Assembly: GCA_951406725.2 (NCBI GenBank)
Contig: OX597822.1
Coordinates: forward strand, 32,922,001 to 32,986,000
DNA: 64,000 nt
Origin: Octopus vulgaris
Lineage: Eukaryota
Direction: 5' to 3'
The translations under genes were made by a program, and so were the position numbers. Below the pieces are notes generated by a model. The model was not told the DNA's origin. It did no database searches and saw only the letters and a list, made by a program, of their open reading frames with translations. Each line of letters begins with the position of its first letter. Position 1 is the first letter of the stretch. This document shows, in pieces, positions 1 to 11,454 of the stretch.

Positions 1-686
1 AATCCGAAGGAGCAATATCTGGTGAATATGGAGGGTGGGGTAACACATCCCAGCCGAGCTGCAGCAATTTTTGTCTGGTTTCCAAAGCATCAAGTGCCAA
101 AAATGAACTTTCTTATCATCCACTAGCAGTATCGCCCGGCGTTGCTCAGGTTTGTAAGGGAAATAACTATAAAGCATTTTTAGAGAGTTATTGCCAAAAT
201 ATAGCAAAAAAATGGAAAAAAAATTATGGTAAATTTTTTTTTTAGAGTTAAAAAAGGTCGAGTTGCGTCCCCTAGACGGTCTGTGGTTTGTGTTTCTGAT
301 TCTCGACCCCATGTCGAATTTATCGATTTTTTTCAGAACTGGGGGAACTTTTCAAAATTTTCGCTGCGTTAGTTTTGAATTATGACATTGGGCTATGTGT
401 GTGTCAAGTTTCATCAGAATCGGTTGAAAGCAGTGGTCAGGGTGAGGGTACAACCTAACTAAACACACACAGACAAACTGCCGTTTATATAGAGAGAGAT
501 AGATTTTAAAGCGTTACAGAATTAACACAGGTTATAGGAACATAAACCTTCTTCAGCAAAAAGATAGCTTAAACTGTGCTCTAAATGGAGGTGTAGTTAA
601 ATCCTATTTTATGGACTAAACCATGTTCTAAAATAAGTCGAAAGGTAAGCTACTATAAATCGGCATGAACCTTCCGGGCAACCCAA
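1..686 (-). mobile_element. Internally deleted mariner transposon (5' TIR and fused transposase remnants), interrupted by a Helitron and running off the window start
   Basis: Minus strand 1-122 reads an N-terminal (M)DDKKVHFWHLML segment joined to ETRQKLLQLGWDVLPHPPYSPDIAPSD (mariner YSPDLAPSD motif). A TIR, TTGGGTTGCCCGGAAGGTTCATGCCGATTT on the minus strand, ends at 686 and is followed by TA (687-688). Confidence 0.85.
123..503 (-). mobile_element. Non-autonomous Helitron (381 bp)
   Basis: On the minus strand it starts TC (503-502) and ends CTAG (126-123). A GC-rich hairpin (135-150) lies ~12 nt from the 3' end. It is inserted between A and T with no TSD; removing it restores the mariner ATG. 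Confidence 0.85.
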
Positions 687-726
687 TAATACTTTTGATA
701 CTACTCTATGTGTGATAATTATTGTT

Positions 727-1177
727 ACCTTTTGCTTGTTTCAATAATTATAAATTTCAGCTAAGCTGGAGCACCACTTTGAGGAATTTTAGTCAAATGA
801 ATTGACCTCCAGTGCAACAGTAGAGGAGTAGGGGCCGAAACCGGACATGGTTCCTCCTGATGATGTCTTGAGCTAACTGGATCCTATAAAGGAGCTGTTG
901 TGGTAGCAGACCACGAAACACGGTTGTAATTCCTCCTGCTACTTATTCTATTAGTCTCTTTTGCCATGTTACTGAGGCATAAACACATCAACACTAGTTG
1001 TCAAGCAGTGATGGGGGACAAATACAAACACAAAGACACACACACACATGTATATTAGACAGAATGGGATAAAAAAAGCCAAGGCTATGAGGAGTTTTCA
1101 GGACATTTATAATGAAATAGTCTTACAGCTGTTTCAGGGATATTATGGATGGGTCTTCTAGATACCAATATCTCTCA

Positions 1178-1216
<39 letters not shown>

Positions 1217-1327
1217 CAGGCTTCGGCCCACCCAAGGCTATAGTAAAAGACATTGGCCAAAATTCCACACAGTGGAACTGATCCTGAAACCATGTGGCTG
1301 GGAAGTAAACTTCTTACTGCACAGCCA
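727..1327 (-). mobile_element. tRNA-derived SINE, family B (GTGGCTGTGTGGTAAG head), split by two insertions
   Basis: Reverse-complement similarity to the copy at 43416-43806. The 3' part is at 727-1048 and the 5' part at 1216-1327. Inserts lie at ~813-940 and ~1053-1180. Confidence 0.65.
1123..1178 (-). ncRNA. 5'-truncated minimal hammerhead-like motif in a TA-embedded element (~1053-1180)
   Basis: Minus strand: ..AUGA, stem II GAUAUU/AAUAUC, GAAAC-AGCU-GUA (palindromic ACAGCUGU stem III, GUA site). The 5' core and stem I are replaced by (TA)n. Confidence 0.5.
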
Positions 1328-1454
1328 AATCAGCAACTATTGTGGTATTTTAAATCCTTACCTAGAAGGTTTTACCTAGAAACTTTTTTCAATTGAGGAA
1401 TGAATTAAAATTCATTTAATCAAAACTAAAGCAATGTTTCTTCAGTCATGTGTA

Positions 1455-1653
1455 AGTGAAAGATACCTTGATGAATTCTTTGTCATGAAGCCACCTTAAT
1501 TCTGGGTAGAGGGTATTTTCAAGTTAAAGGAAAGCTGGAGACACATCGTGCAACAAAATGGTTCATTATTTGGTTGATTAAAATATAATGGCAAGTATTT
1601 ATTGACCTTTTTCTTTCCTTCAAAAATCGGCATGGACTTTCCGGACAACCCAA
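1455..1653 (+). mobile_element. Mariner 3' end fragment
   Basis: Reads YLDEFFVMKPP*FWVEGIFKLKESWRHIVQQNG (mariner C-terminus). It is followed by the TIR AAATCGGCATGGACTTTCCGGACAACCCAA and TA, the same TIR family as 657-686. Confidence 0.8.
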
Positions 1654-2074
1654 TATTTCTCTAGTTACTATATTTTGCAAATGTTTCAATCTTTAAAATT
1701 GTGAAGATGATAGGGGATACATTTAGTGAGGCATCTTTTGTAGTGTTGCATTCAAAATCATAGTCGATCCTTTTTAAATATAATTTTCATCTAACTAGGG
1801 GTAAATGAAGTAGCGTGTCTATCTAAGGATATAATACAGTACTTGAGATACAGTATTAAGGATACAGCATATATGCCATATTATGAGATACTAGCCCAAC
1901 TTGTGCACCTAACAATGATGGACTCAGTTTGTTTTGAGTTTGTATTAACAAACTTATTGAGAAAGAGAAAAAGATTTGCTTAAAAGATCTATAAAGAACT
2001 AAATTAATATAATTTACAAAAAACGCATTTAGCCAAGGAGAAATTGAACTTATAACTTAACATCCCATTTTATA

Positions 2075-2280
2075 TTGGTTTCAAATTTTGGCACAAAGCC
2101 AGCAATTTTGGTGGAAGTGGCAAGTCAATTAGATCAACCCCCGTGTCCAATTGGTACTTATTTTATTGACCCAAAAGGACGAAAGGCTAAGTTGACCTTA
2201 GTTAAATTTGAACTCAGAATGTAAAGACATGAAATGCCATTAAGCATTTTGCCTGACATGCTGATGATTCTACTACCTTG
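2075..2280 (-). mobile_element. SINE family C (GGCGAGCTGGCAGAA head), diverged copy
   Basis: Reverse complement matches the copy at 60970-61195 (TTCTGAGTTCAAAT...GTCGAC...AAGTACCA motifs). Confidence 0.6.
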
Positions 2281-2480
2281 CTACCTTAATTCCAACCATC
2301 TTCATGTTAATGTCAGCCACATGTTGATTAATTCTTTAGCATTTAAACAGGCTATATCTAGCCAAAAATCACTACTTGATTTATGTTCAAACTGGCCAGA
2401 TCCTGCCTCTCATACTTACCCTGCATTGTTAGTCTAAAATATATACAGCCACATAATTGTAATCTCATATGAGATAATAA

Positions 2481-2986
2481 AGGCGAAATGGCCCAGTGGT
2501 TGGGTCAGTGGACTCATGGTCATAGGATCGCGGTTTGGGTTCCCAGACCGGGCATTTTGACTGTTTATTGAGTGGAAACACCTAAAACTCCACGATGCTC
2601 CGGCAGAGGGTGGTGGCGACCCCTGCTGTATTTTTTCACCACAACTTTCTCTCACTCTTTCTTCCTGTTTCTGATGTACCTGTATTTCAAAGGGCCAGCC
2701 TTGTCACACTCTGTTTCACGCTGAATCTCCCCGAGAACTACGTTAAGGGTACACGTGTCTGTGGAGTGCTCAGCCACTTGCACGTTAATAAATGAGCTGC
2801 GACGTCAATAGTGCCAAGTTGTATCGGCCTTTGCCTTTCCCTTGGATAACATCAGTGGCATGGAGATGGGGAGGCCAGTATGCATGGGTGACTACTGGCC
2901 TTCCATAAACAACCTTGCCCAGACTTGTGCCTCAGAGGGTAACTTTCTAGGTGCAATCCCATGGTCATTCATGACCGAAGGGGGTC
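2481..2986 (+). mobile_element. tRNA-derived SINE family A with an alternative 3' segment
   Basis: A box TGGCCCAGTGG and a B-box-like GGTTTGGGTTCCC. 2481-2789 closely matches 10282-10657 and 34890-35225. From ~2794 to 2986 the sequence is a different GC-balanced segment. Confidence 0.8.
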
Positions 2987-3019
<33 letters not shown>

Positions 3020-3941
3020 CAGGGCAATGCAACTGAATCTGAAACGATGTGTTTGCATAATATCCTGAAACACACACCCATGCCTGTATCAGTAAAAATA
3101 ATTCTATAAATTTCGGAGATATAACAAACCTTCAATGCCATCCGTAGATATTGATGCTTAGAGCCAAGAACATATCCTCGACGATATAAATTTAAACTGT
3201 CTAGGCCACCACCAAAGAAATAGTTTGTTATTTGACTATGATCTCACACCTACATATAACATACAAATTTATCTAAATTTGTGAACCAAATATCCTGAAA
3301 CTTTGATGTCTATCATGGCACCTTCTTTCTCACCAACGTTGCTCCGATTCTTTATTTCATTTAATTTCTCTAAATACCATCCTTTCATTTCCCTGCAGAA
3401 ATACTAGTATTTGCAGCTTTGTAAACCACTAAAATATAAAGATTAAAACTGAATGTTACGTCATGAAACAGGAGTTATCATCATTGTTTCTACAGTGTTT
3501 CAAGATAAAAAAAACCGCTTGTTTACTGCGTCACACAGATTCTATTCTCACATCAGATTAAATTAACATAAGATAATAGGATATAGCGTTGTTTCTCTTC
3601 AAAAGTGCTATTTGATTTATTACAAAATAACTACATCATATTTCACATGATAGTTATATTTACACGTGAATTTAAACACACTTAGTAATTTCAAAATATT
3701 CGCTTACTAGGTATAATCAGATGGCTTTAAAATTTTTGTAAGTAGTAGAGATATATTTGTTTTAGAATCTTGACTTATTCCTTTTACTAAAACTCTGAAC
3801 CAAACCAATGTTTACTTTATAAAAGTTAATTACTGATATTTTCTAAAAATTGTAAAAATAAAATTATTTTCAAGATTTTTGCATCTATTTTTCTCGACAT
3901 ATGACGCTGTATGTGTGTGTATTCATTATACATATATACAC

Positions 3942-3980
<39 letters not shown>

Positions 3981-4228
3981 CATTATATATTACAAAGGGA
4001 GAGAAATATATATGTATATGTTTGTTTTTGTATCTATTCATGTATACACAAACACACATATAGCGTGATTGTGCAATAAGATGCGTCTGTGTGTAGATGC
4101 TATCTATTCATGGTTGGGCGGATGCAAATAGATAGACACTTACAGCCACAAATTTATATACGAAGAGATAAAGATAAAGAGACAACCGTAGTTCCTAAGT
4201 AGATTGGTATGATTAAATACATAGATTT

Positions 4229-5670
4229 TGTTGTGGTGAGAGTTACGATGCCCTCTTAAAGAAATAGACTGGCGTGAGTAATGTATAAATTGTAACGTTC
4301 CGCGTGAGTTCGAGGTTCGGATTTCGGAGTCGAGTGAAGTTTGTATTACTTCGCAGTGAAGTCGGAAGGTGTTGGTTGGTTTAGTTCACAAAGAATATTG
4401 ATTGTTTGTTCTTAAAGAGATTTGTTAGTTCATTACATTTTTTTAAATGCTGTCTAGTTTTCTTATTTATTGTACGTAAGAAATTACGTTGCAACATCTG
4501 GCGACGAGGGCTTGAAAGTTGACGTAAGTTGTTGAACAATTTGTTCGTGATACAACTTTTTAGATAATGGAAGACCTATTAGCTTCCATAGTACAGTTGC
4601 AAAAACAAGATCAGCAAGAGGAGTTGCAAAAGCAGTTATTACAGCAAGAACTACCACAACAACAATTATTGGAGCTATATTCCACAAAGTCCAAAAATGA
4701 GGTAAGTCTGTTTTCGCCAGACGGTATTTCGAACTCGACTAATGAATTCACTTATAACCCAGATGAGGTTATAACATTTTCATCGTACTACAGTGGTACG
4801 TAGAGATTTTTAAGCAAGCTTACAAATTATGGACGGACTGGCAAACAAAATGCGAGATTGTTACTGCGAAAATTAACTTATGTCACACATTTCGATGGAA
4901 AACATGCAAGGCGAGAGTCTTCGTCGTCAAAAATGCAACCGATCTGTTTGATACCGATTGGTTAGAATTATTCGATTTATGGGACCTCCCCATAAACTCT
5001 ACTGTAAAAATGGAAATAGTTGGCCCTTTAAAAATAATTCGTCTGCAGAGTTAAAAGATTTGTTTTTAATGTTTCCGCAAGTACTCTCGGACAAACTTCG
5101 CCTACACACAAATACCGAAGAGTGTTTTGAATTAGATGACAACGGTACACATGTGTTCAAGCCTAACTGGAACGTGCCTTTTGCGGCAATAAAGCAAGTG
5201 GACGATGAGTTGGACAGACCGGAGAAAAATTGAATAATTGAAAAGGTGGATTACGCGAAATGGGCAGATCCGACTGTATGCATAAAAAGGGAAAATAATT
5301 AAAATTTGGGTTGTGTGCCGATTTTTCGACCGGTTTAAATGACTATTTAAAAGTGAACCATTATCCAAAACTAAAGAGAGGAAAGTTTTTTCAAAAATCG
5401 ATCTGTCTGACGCATATCAACAAATCAAGGTAAATAAAATATGCTCAAAGCTGTCAACGGTTAACTGGTTAACACGCACAGAGGTATGTGCAAATACAAT
5501 AGACTAACTTTTGGACTGAAAATAGCACCTGCAATATTTCAACAGGTGATGGACGCGATGTTAGCAAACTTACAGTTTGTTACTCCTTACCTTGATGACA
5601 TGTTAATCAAAAATGAATTATAGAATGAAACATCAAACGCGTGAAGTGTCTTTAAAATATTTAAGAATTA
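4229..5670 (+). mobile_element. Decayed Ty3/Gypsy LTR retrotransposon (Mag/K02A2.6-like), 3' truncated
   Basis: 5' LTR TGTTG...CAACA (4229-4496) and PBS TGGCGACGAGG (4499-4509). gag-like start at 4567 (FTYNPDEVITFSSYY). RT motifs VPFA, KIDLSDAYQQI, YNRLTFG..APAIFQ and YLDD (5588-5599), with stops and frameshifts. It ends at a (TA)n tract. Confidence 0.88.
4499..4509 (+). promoter_or_regulatory. Primer binding site complementary to the tRNA-Ser(GCU) 3' end
   Basis: TGGCGACGAGG lies 2 nt after the LTR terminal CA and is complementary to ...CCUCGUCGCCA of metazoan tRNA-Ser(GCU). Confidence 0.75.
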
Positions 5671-5966
5671 TATATATATATATATATGTATAATTATATA
5701 TATATATATACGTATGTATATAAATATGTATATATATATATGTGTGTGTGTATGTATATATATATATATATATATATGTGTGTATGTATATATCTATATA
5801 TATGTATAAATGTATGTATATATATGTATATATTTATATGTATTCATATATATATGTGTATATATATATATATATATGCATATATATGTATGCATATGTA
5901 TACGTATGTATATAGATATGTATATATATACATATATATTTATATACATATTCATACATACACACA

Positions 5967-6044
<78 letters not shown>

Positions 6045-6066
6045 CATACATATATATATATATATA
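5668..6066. repeat. Compound (TA)n/(TATG)n/(CA)n microsatellite
   Basis: Direct inspection. It is the source of the YI/HT-repeat ORFs. Confidence 0.95.
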
Positions 6067-6546
6067 CCCCTACACGGATACTCATACAACTACAATGACA
6101 CACGCATGATGTAAAAATATGTAAAATACTTCAGATCTGTGTAGCGTGTTCGCTTAACATGCAGATATACATGTACAGAAGCTTAAGTCAAACTATAAAG
6201 GTCTCCACACGCAAATATATACCTCAGGCACCACTTTCGCTAGTGGCGGCTAGCTGAAATTTTTGTTGTTAAAAAAGGAAATTAATCCATTCGAAACAGT
6301 TTTCAAACAATGTAAGTTTTCAAATAATATTATACATTGACTTCCGTCACTGTATAGCATTTATTACAGTTGCTTCAAATTGTGCAGTCTCAAATCAAAT
6401 GTTTTGTATAAAACATGGGTAATGATATTCTCGTGTCTTTAACGTAATGTACCAGATCCATTCCAGAACACTTGAGACTTTTAATTAGAGAGGCGGCTAT
6501 AGCTGTTCCGGGTTAGTTTAATATTAGTATATCATTACTATATATG

Positions 6547-6820
6547 AGAAACTACCACCTGTGTCATCTCTTGTGAAAGGTAGGAGAGTCCAGTTTGCTG
6601 GACATTGTTGTAGAGCTGAAAAAGAAGTAATTTCTACTCTTCTCCTCTGGAAGCCATCTACTTGCAATACCAGAGGGCGCACACTCTCCTACCCTGATGT
6701 AATCTCCAGGGATACAGGCATCCAGCAACAGGACCTCCGTAATGCCATGATGGACCGTGAAGTCTGGCGTAGCATGGTAAATTCCATTGTCTCGACCACG
6801 GTCGAACAATGATGATGATG
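6547..6820 (+). mobile_element. 5'-truncated RTE-type LINE 3' end with target-site duplication
   Basis: Open frame EKLPPVSSLVKGRRVQFAGHCCRA...LLWKP...RGR...AMMDREVWR (RTE/RTEX C-terminus) and a (GAT)n tail. A perfect 10-bp TSD ACTATATATG lies at 6537-6546 and 6821-6830. Confidence 0.85.
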
Positions 6821-6929
6821 ACTATATATGTAAGCTGACCTGTCATCTTTTATTATTCCAGATTGAATGTGACGGTCGTAGCAGTACTGTGAACACACCC
6901 TGTTAAACAGGGTCTGTCACAGCTGTTTG

Positions 6930-7485
6930 TTTGCAGAATGTAGTCGGACGTGAGACAGTGGCAAAAACCCTATATAAACATAAGACATGCCCAGACTGTT
7001 TATTGATTATCTTCTATAAGCAGAACCTCTGTTTTTTGCTGGCAAAAGAGGCAGGAGGGTAAGACAGATGATATCAGACAGAGAGAAAGGTCAGAACATC
7101 AGAGCTGTTTGAGAAAATTTGCAATTTTCTAGATGAAGACCGTCGTGCGTCCTTCAAGATAATCTTTCGTCTTGGCGCTAGTGTACTAGCAACATGGTAA
7201 CCAAATACTTGATGGTGATCGGCAACATGACTGTCCCGCACACTCCCTACAGTCTAGACCTGTTCTCAGTGACTTTTCTCTTTTCTCCAAGATGAAGGAG
7301 GTCGTGACAAGGGTACCGGACGTCTGCACTTCGAAGAAGTTTCATGGAGTCTAAAGGAAGTGGCCGAATCGCTACAAGTGTATTGAAGTCAGAAGATTCT
7401 ACTTTGAAGGAGATAAGTCTTTGGTGATTCATTTAAATTAATAAATGTCTTTTCTAAAACTGTCTCAAAACTTCAGGAACACATA
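6930..7485 (+). mobile_element. Highly decayed, deleted mariner (irritans-like)
   Basis: Fragments SRTSVFCW, RTSELFEKICNFLDEDRR, VPHTPYSLDL..SDF.LFSKMKE and KCIEVRRFYFEGDK. Confidence 0.65.
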
Positions 7486-7562
7486 TTTTATATCACATAA
7501 TAGTCTCCACAAAGACAGAGAGATAGAAAGACAGACAGATAGACAAACAGACAGACAGACAG

Positions 7563-7695
<133 letters not shown>

Positions 7696-7957
7696 GGAAG
7701 AAAGAGTGAGAGTAGATACATTAAAACATATGTCTACCGAAAACGTCAAAAACGGAGACCATTTATTTTTTATTGGTTAGAAATTTAAACGATAAGACTA
7801 TCTACAGCTATACACTAGTATGTGAGTGTGTATGTGTACCTGTCCATGCTTGTGTGTGTACATTAATATATAGGCATTTCTATATATATACATCTATATA
7901 ATTATAACTATACATGCATATTCATATGTATACATAACTAAATTTATGTATTGTACG

Positions 7958-7959
<2 letters not shown>

Positions 7960-8003
<44 letters not shown>

Positions 8004-8074
8004 CACACATACATAGAGATGGATAGATAGATAAAGAGATACAAAGAGCGAGTGGACAAAAATGCATGCATATA

Positions 8075-8115
<41 letters not shown>

Positions 8116-8140
8116 ACATATATATATATATAAACATATA

Positions 8141-8186
<46 letters not shown>

Positions 8187-8194
8187 AACATATA

Positions 8195-8237
<43 letters not shown>

Positions 8238-8332
8238 ATATATGTATATACATGTGTGTGTACATATATATTTGCACATACACATACGCACATATATGCA
8301 TATGTACATGTACGTATATGCATGTATGTGTA
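7960..8332. repeat. Compound (TA)n-rich microsatellite
   Basis: Direct inspection. Confidence 0.9.
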
Positions 8333-8945
8333 TCGCAATTTTAAATTTCCGAAATTATTCTAAAAATGCAGCCTATTATTTATCGCTTAGAAAGTGACAA
8401 ATATATCCGGAAGCCACCGTCTGATCAAAAGTAAATTAAGGACAAATACCTATATATATAAAAGAAAAAGAAATATATAATGTAAAGGAAAATGAAAATA
8501 CAAGATAAAAGCCATTATAATAGCTTGCAATTATAAGTCACCGATTCAGTTATAAAAGCCAGAAACCGTGCAGTTTCCTTACAATTCACTGAAAGTAGTT
8601 GAAATAAATGCAGTTCTCTGTTCTCGTTGTCATAACTTTTACGACCCCGAAGGCTACATAACCACTGACTAAATATTATTTTTGATGTCACACGACAAAT
8701 TCAAGTCACATGAATAAAACTGACAACAATAGGACACGTACCTCCAACGGAGTCTACGAAAGACGCAGACAATATTCATTATTGCTTTGTAACTAATAGC
8801 TATGTATATGATGTATGAAAGCAAAGGGTGTGTTTAGATGTGTTGTACGATAATAGAACTATTAGATTTGACTAAACTGATTCGCAGCCAAAAATATCTT
8901 AGACACTATTATAAATATTCATATGTGTGTGTGTATGTACGTATG

Positions 8946-8996
<51 letters not shown>

Positions 8997-9371
8997 CAAA
9001 CAGGTAAAATTGTGTGTACAAGTAGATAAGTGCACAAGCATCTTCATGTAGTGACTTCGACGGTGTTGCGCATCGTATATAAATGTCCACACACAGACAC
9101 ACAAATGCACACACAGTCATATATAGATAGATAGATAGATATATAGATAGATAGAGAGACAGAGACAGAGACAGACAGACAGACAGACAGAGAGAGGAAA
9201 TACGTGAGATAAGGGATAGAGAAGTATAGTGATAGTAAGATAAACCTACAGAGATACATCCATATGTTTTTATGTGTGTAAATATAACAAATATACATAG
9301 AGACATACATACATACATACATACATACATACATACATACATACATACATACATACATACATACATACATA

Positions 9372-10052
9372 AACTTAGATATGTTTCGACCAAAGATTGG
9401 TCCAGGCCATGTCTAACTTAATAGCACTACCTGATAGGATTATCTAAATCCTGTTTAAATCAAGTATTGTTTATGGTCCATTCAAGTAATGACTTCTTTC
9501 TTGTTAAGTGAGTTTTATCCAGGTATGGGTGGTTTATCAGGTATTCCTTGAAGAAATCTGTCCAGACTCCGTTTAAAGGTAATGGGATCCGTTCCTCTTT
9601 GATCTCTTTCGGGACAATGTTTAACAGGGCAGGCCCCGTTGTGGAAAAGAAATTATGAATTGAGCAGGGGGCGTATGGCCCGTGGTCCCAGTCTTGGATG
9701 AACCTTGAAATTAATGTTCACGTCGGTTTGGCAATGCTGGCGGTATATTCTCCACATCATACAAATTATGTACCACTCGCGGCGGCGCTAGAGAGAGTAG
9801 AGTTTCAAGGCTTTAAGCCGGTCCTAATAATCTAGATCTGTCATGCCTACATTTCGTTTAGTGAGTACCCTCTGGGGTGATTCAATCCTTGAGATGCTTT
9901 GTTTTGTATGAGGAGACCACAAGGGACAGTATTATTCGTACAAAGGAGAAAAGTGGAATGATGACACTTTGTTCTCTGGACCTGAAGGTTCTTAAGATCC
10001 AGGAACTCATCCTACGAGCTATATCGACCTTTTTGTTGATGTGGGCACTCCA
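9372..10052 (-). mobile_element. CR1/L2-clade LINE, 5'-truncated ORF2 C-terminus and 3' UTR
   Basis: Minus strand WSAHINKKVDIARRMSSWILRTFRSRE..., then frameshifted segments resembling the CR1 ..WSP..Q...RLKALKLYSL.RRR pattern. (TACA)n flanks both sides. Confidence 0.82.
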
Positions 10053-10059
10053 ACATACA

Positions 10060-10093
<34 letters not shown>

Positions 10094-10281
10094 CATACAT
10101 ACATAGATAAATGGCACCAGTACCAAAACACGGGTCATTAAAGAATATTACAGCCGTAAAAAAGAAAATTTGGAAATCAGAACTCTGTTCATTGAAATAG
10201 TCGCCTACAATGTGTTTGCCTAACTGAACTCACATCTCTTTTTCTCATAAGGATAAATATGAATCTGCTAGATTTTATTTT

Positions 10282-10657
10282 GCAATGGCCCAGTGGTTTG
10301 GGCAGCGGACCCGCGGTCGTAGGATCGAGGTTTCGATTTCCAGACCGGGCGTTGTGAGTGTTTATTGAGCGAAAACACCTAAAGCTCCACGAGGCTCCGG
10401 CAGGGGATGGTGGTGATCTCTGCTGTGCACAACTTTCTCTCACTCTTTCTTCCTGTTTCTGTTGTACCTGTATTTCAAAGGGCCGGCCTTGTCACTCTTT
10501 GGGTCACGCTGAATATCCCCGAGAACTACGTTAAGGGTACACGTGTCTGTGGAGTGCTCAGCCACTTACACGTTAATTTCACGAGCAGGCTGTTCCGTTG
10601 GTCGGATCAACCGGAACCCTCATCGTCGTAACCGACGGAGTGCTTCCAGTGCTTCCA
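10282..10657 (+). mobile_element. tRNA-derived SINE family A, near full length
   Basis: A box TGGCCCAGTGG, B box GGTTTCGATTTCC and a (AGTGCTTCC)2 tail. ATTTTGC is duplicated at both junctions. Confidence 0.85.
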
Positions 10658-11007
10658 TTTTGCTATTTCCCCTCTCAAGTCCTTTGTAAAAATTTTGTTT
10701 ATACTTCATGCACTGAAACATACATTGGTATAAAATTGATTTAATTAACTTCATTAATTCAATTGTACGAATTTGCATTTCATATCTCTGTACGAAACTA
10801 TCGTTTCCATGAATTAAAATTCTCTTATATAGTTTAACATCTTCTCTTCTCTATTTTTAACAAAAATGTTGAATTTTATGGGATTTATTTCCATAAATTC
10901 ACAACACATCATATATAAGTATTATTTTCATATTCGCAAATTTACGCCTGTAAACTACCAGCTAAATATGAAGAATCGATATTAGAAATCATTTTTGGAA
11001 CCCTCCA

Positions 11008-11125
11008 GGATTCTTTGCCATCAAATTTTAATTCTTTGCAATCAAATTTGATTACAAAGAATGCAACTTTGGTTTCAAAGAATTCAAATTTGATGGCAAA
11101 GAATCCAAACTAGATCGAAAACATA
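11008..11125. mobile_element. Collapsed palindromic remnant of the MITE family at 56696-57222
   Basis: Shares TTCTTTGCCATCAAATTT / GATGGCAAAGAATCCAAACTAGATCGAAAACA with the termini of the 56.7-kb MITE. Confidence 0.75.
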
Positions 11126-11284
11126 TATATATATTAAGAATTAAGGATACTAACACGCACTACCGGTATGCTAACTCTAGCAATCAAAATGAACAAACCA
11201 CAGGTTTTCACTTAAACACAAAGGTGAAAGCGGGTGAATTAATAAAAATACCTATGACCCCGTACCAATGAAAAATTCAGACAT

Positions 11285-11342
11285 ACTCATATCACCGTGA
11301 TTTCGAACTTTGAGAAATACGCTAAGTTCATCCTCCGTGTGC
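11285..11342 (-). ncRNA. Hammerhead-like motif (CGGAGGA-U core) within a TA-flanked element (~11135-11460)
   Basis: Minus strand: stem I GCACA/UGAGU (1 mismatch), CGGAGGA-U, stem II GAACUU/AAGUUC, GAAA, stem III UCAC-G-GUGA, AUA site. Confidence 0.45.
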
Positions 11343-11454
11343 CTTATTGACCCTAGGGTAATAGAGTAAACATTGGTTGTTCATCCCAACCAATGTGTGC
11401 GATGACTGTTTTTAATGCCGCATCAAATTTAAAAAGATGATCAAAGTGAATAAA

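Noticed and set aside
851-940. CTGATGA...GAAAC...GTA as a complete hammerhead
   Set aside because: The sequence after the site (ATTCCTC) repeats rather than complements the sequence before the core (TTCCTC), so stem I cannot form.
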